Below, piece after piece: positions 49,823 to 60,088 of a stretch of DNA of 64,000 nucleotides (positions are counted from its first letter, which is position 1; each line of letters starts with the position of its first letter). A program made the position numbers and the translations under genes. The notes beneath the pieces are model-generated. The model searched no databases. It saw only the letters and a program-made list of their open reading frames with translations, and was not told the origin of the DNA. Origin of the DNA: a bacterium (lineage in GTDB: Bacteria > Electryoneota > Electryoneia > Electryoneales > Electryoneaceae); NCBI GenBank assembly GCA_963669175.1, contig OY769902.1, forward strand, positions 5,280,001 to 5,344,000, given 5' to 3'.

Positions 49823-50554
49823 TTACGGATTTGCCGTCCCCGGCCCATTCACCAGCACATCAAACGGATCATGTACCGGAACCGGGGTACGGATCAGCCA
49901 GGGTTCGGCATAGGGTACCGCGATCAGGGCGCCGAAATGAGAATAGCGTCCCTTCATCCATTCCACGAACTGCGGCGCTGCGAGGAAGGTTTCCGGCCCG
50001 GTCACACCAGGCGTATAGAACTGGGTTTTGTACGCTCGCACCGCTTCCATCCGTGTGTCCCACACATCGCTGATATCGACCACAAAATCCGGCTGCGCAT
50101 CCCACCACATCGGATACTTCATCACAGCGTCCACCTTGTGGCGCGGAAATTCGCTGGGATATTTGCCCACGTTTGCCATGAACACAGCTTCTTCGACCAG
50201 TTCCATGCCCTGCTTGTGGTCCGGGTGACGGTCTTTCGCCCCGGGACAGATAACCAGCTTTGGCGCATGTTTGCGGATAACTTCGACGACTTTATGACGC
50301 TGATCGTAATCCCGGCTGTTCAGGCCACCATCCGGCAAGCCGATATTTTCACGGAAAGTCACGCCAAGAATCCGCGCCGCTTCCGCCGCTTCCATGTCAC
50401 GTTCTTCCGCGCTGCCACGTGTACCCAGTTCCCCGCGTGTCATGTCAACCAGGCCAACCTTGTAGCCCTGTTTGACCAGCTTGGCAACCGTACCACCACA
50501 CAACAACTCGACATCATCAGGATGCGGTCCGAATGCCAGAATATCTATTTTCAT
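49823..50554 (-). CDS. bshB1: Bacillithiol biosynthesis deacetylase
   Basis: GPHPDDVE, TRGELGTRG and DRHPDH motifs; lies between bshC and bshA. Confidence 0.93.
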   Translation of the reverse strand: MKIDILAFGPHPDDVELLCGGTVAKLVKQGYKVGLVDMTRGELGTRGSAEERDMEAAEAARILGVTFRENIGLPDGGLNSRDYDQRHKVVEVIRKHAPKLVICPGAKDRHPDHKQGMELVEEAVFMANVGKYPSEFPRHKVDAVMKYPMWWDAQPDFVVDISDVWDTRMEAVRAYKTQFYTPGVTGPETFLAAPQFVEWMKGRYSHFGALIAVPYAEPWLIRTPVPVHDPFDVLVNGPGTANP

Positions 50555-52176
50555 GCTTCCAACTCCTCCACGTCCACAATTACATGTCCTTCACCATGCT
50601 TGTCCGCAATACTCAACAAACCATCCAGCAACCTGTCGCCATATCGTGCCAAGTAATATACCGGTGAAAGCAGCCGTTCCTGGAAGCTATCACCCGGACG
50701 AAGATGTAGCGCTGCAAGGTCAAATCCATTGCCGAACGCCTGGTCCGCCTGCTGCCGACGTTGCTTGAACTGCCCTTCAAGACGATCAAGCTGATACGTC
50801 ATCTTGTCAAACGCCTGATCGATCTGCTTGTCCATGCCGGAATAAACCGTGCCTGTCTGCGCGGACAATTCAGCCTTGTTCTCTTCCAACGTTGTTCGTA
50901 TCCGGCTGAACTGATCGAACACCTCGCCCGCTTCTCCACTTTTAAGTAGTGATTCTCGTAAACCGTCCACATCTCCCAACAAGTCGGCAGCCTCCACATT
51001 CAGCTTTTCCAGCTTGCGTCTGATCTTCGTTTCTACCAGCGTAACGCTCAAACGATGCAACAGTGCAGGCGGTCGTAGATTCATCTGGTCAAAGTTGCTG
51101 TCCAACTGTGCCCAGTATGCGATCTCATGCGGCCCCCCGACAAACGCTGCCGCAGGTAATAACCACTGCTGCCAGAGCGGACGCAAGGTTACACCGATGG
51201 AGAAACGTTCGGGTTCACTCGCTGCGATATCTCTCAGCTCAGGAAGAGACAGCAGGATATCACCCTTCCCGTGGCGAGCGGATTCATCCAGGATCACCTT
51301 CCGGCGATGACCATCTTCAAGAACGAACAACGCTGGACGGTTCTCTTCGACCGGAACCTGAATCATGTACCCCTGTTGTTCCAGCTCCCGGCCTCGTTCG
51401 ACGGCTCGATGCAAGCGTTGCGGGATCGTATCAACAGCTTTCAACCAGAACGGCTGCGACAGTCGTTTCAATACCTCGTCGTCAGCATCGAGGAACACCA
51501 TGCCAAAGCGTGACAGCAAACCGACCATGAACCGATGGAATGAGTAACCATAGGTGTACTCAGGCCGGTATGCCTCCGATAACAGCTTCATCAATTCCGG
51601 TTTAAAGTCGCTGTCAGGAAGGTCATCTGTCAGTCTTTCAATCAATTCTGAAGCGGCAGTTTCAAGCTGGATACCACCGCAAGGTCGGCTGTTCTCCGGC
51701 AGGTTTCGCTTTACTTGTTGCAGCTCATTTTTTGTATCGATCCACCAGCAACGTCCCACTTCGGCGAAGTTGTGATCGCTACCCGCCATCCAGAACACCG
51801 GGACAGTTCTAACGCCGCTTTCAGTCTCCATCCTGCGTGCATATGCGATAGCGGTCAACGCTTTGTACAAGCTGTACAGCGGTCCTCCGGCAAGCCCCAC
51901 CTGCTGCCCGGTAACCACGACAAGCGTCCCCGGTTGCGCCAGGGCGTCCAGATTGGCGTATGCAGCTTCGTGGTAATGGAAAGCAGCGGCATTCTCTTTC
52001 AATCGTGCTGCAATCGCTGTGTAGGGACGCTGTTGCTGCTGTTCATAGTGCGAGCGTTCCCGCCACCAGGCTGCATCCGGATTAAATGTATATCCGAAAG
52101 ATCCAGCCTGGGCTTCCATCATGTCAGCTACCAGTCGCGGGGCGCCGGGATACTCTCTATAGGGTATTACCTTCAT
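50551..52176 (-). CDS. bshC: Bacillithiol biosynthesis cysteine-adding enzyme
   Basis: VVTGQQVGLAGGPLY, VFWMAGSDHNFAE, GGPHEIAYWAQ and QER motifs. Confidence 0.93.
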   Translation of the reverse strand: MKVIPYREYPGAPRLVADMMEAQAGSFGYTFNPDAAWWRERSHYEQQQQRPYTAIAARLKENAAAFHYHEAAYANLDALAQPGTLVVVTGQQVGLAGGPLYSLYKALTAIAYARRMETESGVRTVPVFWMAGSDHNFAEVGRCWWIDTKNELQQVKRNLPENSRPCGGIQLETAASELIERLTDDLPDSDFKPELMKLLSEAYRPEYTYGYSFHRFMVGLLSRFGMVFLDADDEVLKRLSQPFWLKAVDTIPQRLHRAVERGRELEQQGYMIQVPVEENRPALFVLEDGHRRKVILDESARHGKGDILLSLPELRDIAASEPERFSIGVTLRPLWQQWLLPAAAFVGGPHEIAYWAQLDSNFDQMNLRPPALLHRLSVTLVETKIRRKLEKLNVEAADLLGDVDGLRESLLKSGEAGEVFDQFSRIRTTLEENKAELSAQTGTVYSGMDKQIDQAFDKMTYQLDRLEGQFKQRRQQADQAFGNGFDLAALHLRPGDSFQERLLSPVYYLARYGDRLLDGLLSIADKHGEGHVIVDVEELEA

Positions 52177-52973
52177 GCTTCTTTCCTGGCCAGTACGACC
52201 ATCCTTCTCGATTTCAACGGATTAAACGAGTTACCATTGTAATCCCCATGCCAGCTTTTTGGTTCCAATCCTGCTGCCTTGAGGAACTCCGTCAGTTCAT
52301 CACGGTCGAAATAACGCACTCGTTCGATTACCTGTCGACTCTCGCCGTTGGGGAAAGTCATGGTCATTGTTTTAACAACGCGCCGTTTATCAGGTTCATG
52401 CACTCTCTCTTCACGAACCTTGAATTTGGATGTTCTGCCTACACTACTCGGCTCCATCGTAGGCAGGATCACTGTCGGGTTGAACAGGTCCATCATCAGG
52501 GCGCCGCCGGGTTTCATCACGCGCTGGAACTCGGTCAATGCACGCTGATGCTCCTCGTCCGTTTCAAAGTAGCCAAAGCTGGTGAAAAAGTTGGCCACGA
52601 AATCGTAGGTATTGCTCGGTAAGGGCAAATTCCGCAGATCGCCTCGCACAAACTCCGGCCCCTCGCCCTCATCCTGCTGCATCTCAAGCAGGGATCGCAC
52701 CTGCCGTCCCATATCCTCTTCCGCCTTTTGCAACAAAGCTGTGGAAAGGTCGAGCCCGGTCACCTTCCAGCCATGTTCAAGCGCCATGATCCAGGCATGC
52801 CGTCCCGCTCCGCAGGCCAGGTCAACCACTTTACGATCCGAGCAGGGCTCCAGCACAGAAGCCAGCCAGGTGACAATTCGACGAGCTTCACGCGGGTCGC
52901 GGTAATGGTACAACTGCAGGTAGGTCTCATCGAACCAGGATTCGAACCATTCTTTTTCACGATCTGCTGTCAT
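52173..52973 (-). CDS. Class I SAM-dependent methyltransferase (candidate bacillithiol N-methyltransferase)
   Basis: WFESWF..Y..LY, DLACGAGRH, GLDLS and FTSFGYF motifs; ATGA overlap with bshC. Confidence 0.85.
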   Translation of the reverse strand: MTADREKEWFESWFDETYLQLYHYRDPREARRIVTWLASVLEPCSDRKVVDLACGAGRHAWIMALEHGWKVTGLDLSTALLQKAEEDMGRQVRSLLEMQQDEGEGPEFVRGDLRNLPLPSNTYDFVANFFTSFGYFETDEEHQRALTEFQRVMKPGGALMMDLFNPTVILPTMEPSSVGRTSKFKVREERVHEPDKRRVVKTMTMTFPNGESRQVIERVRYFDRDELTEFLKAAGLEPKSWHGDYNGNSFNPLKSRRMVVLARKEA

Positions 52974-53103
52974 AACTCGCCTGCCTTTTCTCGTTTCAAC
53001 GGCACAAGTGAATCTGTTGGCATGGAAAAGCGATGTTCATCATGAAAAAGCCGCGCTCCGGCGAGGGAACACGGCACGAATATCAAACCGAAATAGTAAT
53101 CGT

Positions 53104-53805
53104 CTACAAAAATTCCTTCTTGAACGCATCGAAGTCATTGAATATGAGTGTATTGTCCGCTTTGACCAGGTACTCGTCATCTTCAAACTTCTTGATCACG
53201 CGACTGATGGTTTCACGCGATGTGCCGGCAATATTGGCCAGGTCACGCTGTAGCGGCAGTTCCGGGATAACAACTTTCCCGCCCCGCATCACGCCGATAT
53301 CTTCTGCCAGACGAATCAGGGTGGCAGCGACACGTCCACGCGCATCCTTCAGGCTAAGGCTCTTGATCTGGAGGTCGCTACGGCGAATCCTGCGTGCCAG
53401 TTCCTTCAGTAGCACGATGGACACTTGCGGGTATTTCTGCAGCAGATCGAGAAAATCACCACGGTGCAGCACCCAGAGAACCACATCGTCAATACTGGTC
53501 ACTGTTGCACTGCGTGGCAGTCCATCAAGCAGGGACAGCTCGCCAAAGAATTCACCCTCACCCAGGATGGAAAAGATCGCTTCGCCACCTTCATTGGAGA
53601 TGCCACTGATTTTCACCCGTCCCGATTTAATGAAGAACAGGTTTGAACCAAGATCATCTTCAAAAATGATAAGATTGTTCTTCTTATACCGTTTGCAGAC
53701 CATCAGGTCAGCAATGCGCTGCAGGTCCGCTTCGTCCAGTTCGGAAAAGAGCGGAATGTTCTTTAGCAGATGTGCGTCCTGGGATGGACTTGTTTTCTCG
53801 AACAT
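53104..53805 (-). CDS. Crp/Fnr family transcriptional regulator
   Basis: FFGELSLLDGLPRSAT cNMP-binding motif; GTSRETISR HTH; start after GGAGG. Confidence 0.92.
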   Translation of the reverse strand: MFEKTSPSQDAHLLKNIPLFSELDEADLQRIADLMVCKRYKKNNLIIFEDDLGSNLFFIKSGRVKISGISNEGGEAIFSILGEGEFFGELSLLDGLPRSATVTSIDDVVLWVLHRGDFLDLLQKYPQVSIVLLKELARRIRRSDLQIKSLSLKDARGRVAATLIRLAEDIGVMRGGKVVIPELPLQRDLANIAGTSRETISRVIKKFEDDEYLVKADNTLIFNDFDAFKKEFL

Positions 53806-53884
53806 TTTTTTCCTCCAGTGATCCATCTATCCGGTTATCCGAAGCTTGATCCGGACAGCCGTCATGTTTGGCAATCGTATTGCT

Positions 53885-54139
53885 TTACCGTTCGCAGTAA
53901 GTCTCGATTGCCTCCCGTAAGGATGGTAGAATATATACAGTATCCAACTGTGTTTCGGCAAGTGCTGACGCAAGAACTTTTAATTTCATATCAAGAGGCT
54001 GATTCCGGTTGATGATCAGGCATTGTTCGTCCCGGATTCTGCACACGCCACCTCGAAAATCACCTGTTGTATGCTCTACTCGATCGAACACACGCTCCGC
54101 TACTTCCAGAAGTTGATCAAACACCTCACGGCGCGTCAC
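53885..54139 (-). CDS. Hypothetical protein
   Basis: 84-aa ORF in operon order; GDFRGGVCRI...YILPSLRE. Confidence 0.7.
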   Translation of the reverse strand: MTRREVFDQLLEVAERVFDRVEHTTGDFRGGVCRIRDEQCLIINRNQPLDMKLKVLASALAETQLDTVYILPSLREAIETYCER

Positions 54140-54147
54140 TGCTCACC

Positions 54148-55215
54148 TTATCGTTTCTTTTTGTTCTTCAGTTTGAACACTTCTTCCGCGACCTGGCGAA
54201 CTTCCTGCACTCGATCACGGGGGCAAATCAGCGTTCCTTCAGCAGTGTCCACGGCGATCACATTCGACAAACCGACTACTGCCAGGGGACGATCATCCTC
54301 AGAATACAGAAACGAGTTTTCTGTGTCAATGCCGATAACCGGACCATATTTCACGTTGCCGCTGGAATCGTGTTCATTCATCCGGTAGGCTTCTTCCCAG
54401 TTGCCCACATCGCTCCAGCCGAAATCCCCATGGGCGACATAGACGTTTCGAGCGTTTTCCATGACACCGTAGTCAATCGAGATTGGCTTGATGCTCTGGT
54501 AAGCGCGTTTGATCCGGATGATGTCCCCCCCCTGCTCCAGGGCCGTTTGAACATCTTCCAGGGCAGCATACAGTTCCGGGATGTATTCTTCAATTTCTGA
54601 CAGAATCCGACGTGCGGACCAGATAAATATGCCGCTGTTCCATAGGAATTCTTGCGTGGCAATGAACCGACGCGCCGTTTCCAGGTTCGGTTTTTCCGCG
54701 AAGGTCACAACACGATGCAACCCCGGCTGCACCTCGTCACGTTCATATTGAATATAACCATATCCTGTTTCCGGACGATTTGGCTTGATGCCGAGTGTGA
54801 CAATAGCGTCTGTCTCCTGCACCATGGAGATGCCACGCTGAACCGACTTGATAAATTCCTGTTCTTCTGTAATTAAATGGTCCGCCGGGAGCACCACCAT
54901 GATCGCGTCAGGATCTTCCTGCATCAATTCTACGGCAGCCAGGCCGATACAAGGCGCTGTATTACGAGCGAAAGGCTCTACGATAAAGTGTTTTCCGCTA
55001 AGGCGGGGTACTGCTTCGGTCATCAATTTGACCTGCTCGGGAATGGTAACAATCCGTATCTTTTCCCATGCGACCAGCGGACTGATGCGGTTGATCGTCA
55101 GTTCGATCATGGGCTTATCACGGAAAAGCCTTAACAGTTGCTTGGGCCGTTCCGGGGTCGACATCGGCCAGAACCGGGTTCCGATGCCCCCTGCCATTAT
55201 TACCGCATAGACCAT
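54148..55215 (-). CDS. manC: Mannose-1-phosphate guanylyltransferase
   Basis: MAGGIGTRFWP, PKQ, EPFARNTAP, PADH, ETGYGYI, WNSG, SIDY and WSDVG motifs. Confidence 0.93.
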   Translation of the reverse strand: MVYAVIMAGGIGTRFWPMSTPERPKQLLRLFRDKPMIELTINRISPLVAWEKIRIVTIPEQVKLMTEAVPRLSGKHFIVEPFARNTAPCIGLAAVELMQEDPDAIMVVLPADHLITEEQEFIKSVQRGISMVQETDAIVTLGIKPNRPETGYGYIQYERDEVQPGLHRVVTFAEKPNLETARRFIATQEFLWNSGIFIWSARRILSEIEEYIPELYAALEDVQTALEQGGDIIRIKRAYQSIKPISIDYGVMENARNVYVAHGDFGWSDVGNWEEAYRMNEHDSSGNVKYGPVIGIDTENSFLYSEDDRPLAVVGLSNVIAVDTAEGTLICPRDRVQEVRQVAEEVFKLKNKKKR

Positions 55216-55263
55216 GACGCTCCCTTCAGTTGTATCGTTCGCGTCTGCTTCGTTCTCTGTTAG

Positions 55264-57039
55264 CTACTTTGGGAAAGTAAGCACGTTCTCCGCGCTTTCC
55301 CAACGTGCACGGACAAAAACTGTGTCAGAAGATTCAAAAAACAGGTCCGCAGGTTGATAGGGTTTTGTCCAACCATGCGACAGTTTACCATCCCCGTCAA
55401 GATCAATCCATCCCGACAACCGCCACATTCCGGCCGGTACGCCCTCGATCTTAAAATCCCCTGCCTGCTCAAGAATCCTGTAAAATGGTGTATCCTGGCT
55501 GGATTCAATCACATTTCTCATGGTCAGATGTATGTCCCCCTGCCAACTGCCATCCTCAAACCCGGCGCCGTCAACACTACCCGATACAATCCCCAGCGAA
55601 TCCGCGTGGATGAAATTGAATCGTATGGACACCAGGCTGTCCTCGAGCGCATTACCGGCAACATCCGTAACCGTACTCCCGGGAAATTCAACAGTAAAAC
55701 GTGGCGCCAGAAGGGAATCAGCAGGCAAGCGGAAGTCCCAGCTACACAAGTCATCCGACAGCATGCTTCTACTGAGGGTGTCGTTACGGGTAAACAGTGT
55801 CACAAGTTGATTCGGCGGCGGGGCCATCGGTTCGTTGAAGATGAAACGTATCGATTTCTGCCCCGGTCGAAGCCGGATATCGCTTGAGGGCCGGGTGGTG
55901 GCAAACATGGGTGCAAATGTATCCGCTTCCACTACCGTCGCAATCGCCATGGCCAGGGTAGTATCAATGTGTATCGTATCTTCGAATGTGGCCTGCACCT
56001 TCATGAACAGGGAGTCATCTTCGATCGGTTCACTCATGTGCAGCCAGATTCGTGTCGAATCAACCGGATCGAAATGAATCTGGCTGATTTCCAGACCGCG
56101 TTCCGGTGTAAAAGTGACAGAGTCAAGGCTGGTCAACTTTGGTGAAAAACGCACCTGGACAATATTTCGTGTTCGTGTATACAGTTTATCCGGATACGGA
56201 TGACGCACCGGCGCATACCCCGTCAGCGCCAGGTAGGGGCTGCTGGTATAACCGGACGGCCTTGTCTTCTTTTCTTCCCCGGTTGAATCCGGCGCTGTTG
56301 ATTTCTCCGCGAAAACAAAAACATCACTGGGAGGAATCGCCAGGGATTCACGCTTTGGTGTCCAGAGACGATCTCTATCTCCGTCCTGGAAAGCAAAGAC
56401 ACGCCACCAACCGCTCTTCAGATTCCTGAGTTCCCAGACTCCTTCTTTACCTGCCTGGGTGGAAGCGTCCGGCAAATCATAGGCAGGATCCGGGGCGAGG
56501 GAATCGGCAGGATCGAACGGGTAGGGATTCTCGCTTTTTGCCAGACCCATACCCAGGTAATATGCATTCACAAACCAGCCAACCGGATCGCTCCCCGAAG
56601 GGACGAAAAGCTTGCCCTTTATCAACCCCTGGTCCAGTTGATTCCCGGTTGCAAACGCAAGATGGAAGGATTCTTCGCCTTTATTGCGTCGCAGATCCTG
56701 CAGCTCGGTTCCCAGGGTAATGACATAGGTTCGGTCATCCAGTAATGGCGGATCGAATTCAAGGGTCACCTGTTTATAGCCGGTCCAATCCGCACGCACT
56801 TCACCGGGGGGTGGCGGAGAACAGGTGAAAGCGTTTGCCAGAGTGGCTCGTTCGATACGCTCATCAAACCAGAAGGTAATTTCTTTGTCAACAGATACAT
56901 TGATGCTGCCTTCCTCGGGGTCTGTTCGCAGCACCTGGGGCGGTTTTTTATCTTCCGGTCCACCTGGCGGCGGGCCCATTTTCGCACAACCGCCGACCAT
57001 GAACAGTAAAAACAGTAGTATTTGAATTCGACGTATCAT
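55264..57039 (-). CDS. Ig-like (Big_5) domain lipoprotein
   Basis: VGGCAKMGPPPGGPEDKKPP N-terminus; FDE...TYVI Ig-like domains. Confidence 0.8.
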   Translation of the reverse strand: MIRRIQILLFLLFMVGGCAKMGPPPGGPEDKKPPQVLRTDPEEGSINVSVDKEITFWFDERIERATLANAFTCSPPPPGEVRADWTGYKQVTLEFDPPLLDDRTYVITLGTELQDLRRNKGEESFHLAFATGNQLDQGLIKGKLFVPSGSDPVGWFVNAYYLGMGLAKSENPYPFDPADSLAPDPAYDLPDASTQAGKEGVWELRNLKSGWWRVFAFQDGDRDRLWTPKRESLAIPPSDVFVFAEKSTAPDSTGEEKKTRPSGYTSSPYLALTGYAPVRHPYPDKLYTRTRNIVQVRFSPKLTSLDSVTFTPERGLEISQIHFDPVDSTRIWLHMSEPIEDDSLFMKVQATFEDTIHIDTTLAMAIATVVEADTFAPMFATTRPSSDIRLRPGQKSIRFIFNEPMAPPPNQLVTLFTRNDTLSRSMLSDDLCSWDFRLPADSLLAPRFTVEFPGSTVTDVAGNALEDSLVSIRFNFIHADSLGIVSGSVDGAGFEDGSWQGDIHLTMRNVIESSQDTPFYRILEQAGDFKIEGVPAGMWRLSGWIDLDGDGKLSHGWTKPYQPADLFFESSDTVFVRARWESAENVLTFPK

Positions 57040-57242
57040 GCGAAGAATGTAGCCAAATCGGATGAGTTACGCCAGAAGCAGGAGGAAATCACAGCCTGCT
57101 CTTTCACACCTTTTCCTTCCCGTACCCGCCCCCTGACAGAGAAGACTTGTTCAGTTTATCAATTGGAAACTTAACTGATATTTCATTACCTTCAATCGTT
57201 ACTATCTAATGCTTGTATTGTCTTCGGTTGGGGAGAAACGCT

Positions 57243-60002
57243 GTGATAAGAAGCGTTGGGAAGACTATTTTTGGCCTGTTGTTTATCCTTTTGCCCGCAT
57301 TGAGTCTTGGTGCGCTGGATGCTCGCTACGGTTCTCCGTTGATAACATCCTTCACCCCGGAAGACTATCTCAATGAAGGACAGTGTTTCGATGTAGCCAT
57401 TACTCCCGACAACCTGGTATACGTGGCCAATGCTGGTGGTGTTCTGGAATACGATGGTCAGAAATGGACCACTATACAGGGCACTGAACACTTGGTGGTC
57501 TTCTCCCTGGCGTCGGATTCGCAGAGCAGAATCTGGGTAGGCAGCAGAACTGATACAGGCGTATTGGCGCGTAATGAGAAAGGTATTCTGGAATACCACT
57601 CACTCGTGAATGTTTTCCCCGATTCGGCTGTAACTCTCAAGAATGTCTGGCGTATTCATGACACTCCGGATGGTATCTACTTCCAATCTCCAAAACTGCT
57701 TGTACGTTGGCGGCCCGACAGGAATACTCCCCTTGAAGGAGAATTCGATGTCTGGGAAGCGGACGGACATAATTTTATGATGGCATGCTGGGCTGGTGGT
57801 CAGCTCTTGATCAAACGCCATTACCAGCCGCTTGAATACTTGAAAGATGATGAGATTGTACCTTATCCCGGACTCGACAGTAAAAGTCCCGGAACAGTGA
57901 TACACGCTATGGATTTTGATGAATCGACTGTGATGTTAACAAATTACCACGGTAACCTCCTTCTGCTGAAGGACAATCAATTGATACCGTTTGAGGGCCC
58001 GGTAACGGAACTGGAGGACAACGAGCTTTGTTTTGGTATTCATGCCCTGTCGGAAAATAGATATGTAATGGCATCATCAACACTTGGACTGATTGTCTTT
58101 GATAATAAGGGGAATATTCTGGAAATTATTAATGAAAGTTCCGGATTACCCTCCAAAACGATTAACCGTTATGTGAAGCAGGATAAGACGGGGGGGGTCT
58201 GGGTTCCTCTCGATTATGGGCTTGCTCGAGTAGAACTGAGTGCGCCGTACCGAATCTTCTCTTCTGCAAATGATCTGAATGTAACTTCCGTTTCAATTGC
58301 CTGGCATGAAGGAGATCTTTACGCAGGTTCACCCGGTGGTTTTCAACGGCTTGGAAAACCAACCCAACCCGGAAAACCTCCCCAGTTTAAAACCGTTCCC
58401 GGATTTGTAGGTTCTGCGTGGAAAATAGCGAATTTTGCCAACACACTGGCAATTGGCACGGTGCAAGGTTTATATGCCATTGATAAACACGGTGTCTGTC
58501 AAGTGATTCCTGCTAAAAGTGGCAATATCCACTTTATGATCACATCACCTGACTCAAAAAATCTATACGCCGGGGTTGAGCTATTCGGTATACGTCGATA
58601 TGAAATGGTCAATAATTGGATCGTTGACCGTGGAACACTAGATCTGAATTACGACGATTACGGCAGCCTTCGATATTTCGACCATCACATGTGGGCTACC
58701 CATTATGTCCAGAATGGGCGAATCCTCCTTCGTTCAGATTACGATGTCAACAATCCGGATCAAATGGAGTTCTTACATATCGGCCCGGAGCACGGAATTC
58801 CTGATGGCGTCACAGGTACCCCCTTTGTCTGGGAGAACCGTCTCTTTGTTAATACGCCTACTGGAGTTGTCGGGATAGACGCAGGGGCTGACCTCTTTGT
58901 ACCGGCAGAACAACTACTTGGCGCACCGATATCGGGTGAATTTAATTGTTCTTTCGAAGACGAATACGGCAGATTATACGCCGCCCAGGGCCCCTTTTCG
59001 CTGAATAGATATGAGCGAACGGCAGAGGGTGCGATCTTGGTTCATCCCCTGTTGGGGGAAGTCCGGATGAGGCGTGTTCTATGCATGGCTGCCGATCCCC
59101 AAACGGGTTTGATTGCCTTTGGAGGCGAAGATGATCGAGTTGTTGTATATGATCCGGCCTCGGACACACTAGCACAGCACACTCCTGCGACACTATTACA
59201 CAGGGTCAGCATGCCCGGTGATTCCACCATTGCAGCAATGATCTCTTCAACAGGACATACCCCGGTCAGGCTTTCCTGGCCTGTTTCTTCATTACGATTC
59301 GAATACTCCCTGCCTGCCTATGCTGCGCCAAGATTCAATGAGTATCAGTTCAGGCTTCTTGGTTTGAATAGTGAATGGACTTCCTGGACACGAGAATCCT
59401 ATCACGATTTCAACGACTTGTCACCGGGACATTATGAATTCCAGGTGCAGGGAAGAGATGCAAAACAACAGATCGGTGAGACCGCCTCATTTTCATTTAT
59501 AGTGCTTCCCCCCTGGTACCGCACCTGGTGGGCATATGGACTCTGGATTATACTCGCTGCGCTGACGATATACGGAATCATTCAGTACCGCTTGCGCAGA
59601 GTTGAGAAACAGAAACAACGGCTTGAAGACCTTGTCGCGCAACGCACCCTTGAACTGGAGGAAGCACAAGAAGAAGAACTCCGCCAGATGGAAGCTCTGA
59701 AAGCGGCAGAAATAGAATCACAGCGTTTAAAAGTTGCCACCCAACTTGCTGCAGCCATTTCTCACGAGTTCAACAACCCATTGGCTATTATCCTGGGCAA
59801 GGTGGATGTCGCGTTATCACGCTATTCCCTGGAAGAAAGCCAGGAAAAATATCACCGGGTCATTCGTGATCAGGTGACACGTATGCGTGACCTGGTAATC
59901 AAACTCCGCAACCTTGATCAGGTTCGTGAAGTGGATTATGCCGCCGGTGTGAAAATGCTGGATCTGCATGGAAGTGAAGAGAAAGAAAAGAAAACTGATT
60001 GA
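57243..60002 (+). CDS. Beta-propeller/Y_Y_Y sensor with TM helix and HisKA domain but no HATPase domain
   Basis: YQFRLLG..W..L.PGHYEFQV, PPWYRTWWAY and SHEFNNPL motifs; protein ends about 70 aa after the H-box. Confidence 0.8.
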   Translation: MIRSVGKTIFGLLFILLPALSLGALDARYGSPLITSFTPEDYLNEGQCFDVAITPDNLVYVANAGGVLEYDGQKWTTIQGTEHLVVFSLASDSQSRIWVGSRTDTGVLARNEKGILEYHSLVNVFPDSAVTLKNVWRIHDTPDGIYFQSPKLLVRWRPDRNTPLEGEFDVWEADGHNFMMACWAGGQLLIKRHYQPLEYLKDDEIVPYPGLDSKSPGTVIHAMDFDESTVMLTNYHGNLLLLKDNQLIPFEGPVTELEDNELCFGIHALSENRYVMASSTLGLIVFDNKGNILEIINESSGLPSKTINRYVKQDKTGGVWVPLDYGLARVELSAPYRIFSSANDLNVTSVSIAWHEGDLYAGSPGGFQRLGKPTQPGKPPQFKTVPGFVGSAWKIANFANTLAIGTVQGLYAIDKHGVCQVIPAKSGNIHFMITSPDSKNLYAGVELFGIRRYEMVNNWIVDRGTLDLNYDDYGSLRYFDHHMWATHYVQNGRILLRSDYDVNNPDQMEFLHIGPEHGIPDGVTGTPFVWENRLFVNTPTGVVGIDAGADLFVPAEQLLGAPISGEFNCSFEDEYGRLYAAQGPFSLNRYERTAEGAILVHPLLGEVRMRRVLCMAADPQTGLIAFGGEDDRVVVYDPASDTLAQHTPATLLHRVSMPGDSTIAAMISSTGHTPVRLSWPVSSLRFEYSLPAYAAPRFNEYQFRLLGLNSEWTSWTRESYHDFNDLSPGHYEFQVQGRDAKQQIGETASFSFIVLPPWYRTWWAYGLWIILAALTIYGIIQYRLRRVEKQKQRLEDLVAQRTLELEEAQEEELRQMEALKAAEIESQRLKVATQLAAAISHEFNNPLAIILGKVDVALSRYSLEESQEKYHRVIRDQVTRMRDLVIKLRNLDQVREVDYAAGVKMLDLHGSEEKEKKTD

Positions 60003-60023
60003 CCTTTCAGTACATGGTAATTG

Positions 60024-60067
60024 TATACATGACAAACGCCGGTATTTACCGGCGTTTGTCATGTATA
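60024..60067. terminator. Perfect 21-bp inverted repeat between convergent genes
   Basis: TATACATGACAAACGCCGGTA-tt-TACCGGCGTTTGTCATGTATA. Confidence 0.65.
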
Positions 60068-60088
60068 TCCAGAATACTTTAATGCTGG

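Noticed and set aside
43185-50656. Plus-strand ORFs 43185-44003, 48841-49590 and 49646-50656
   Set aside because: They are antisense shadows of typA, bshA and bshB1.
60024-60067. 21-bp perfect palindrome as a mobile-element end
   Set aside because: It is a single copy between convergent genes; a bidirectional terminator is the simpler explanation.
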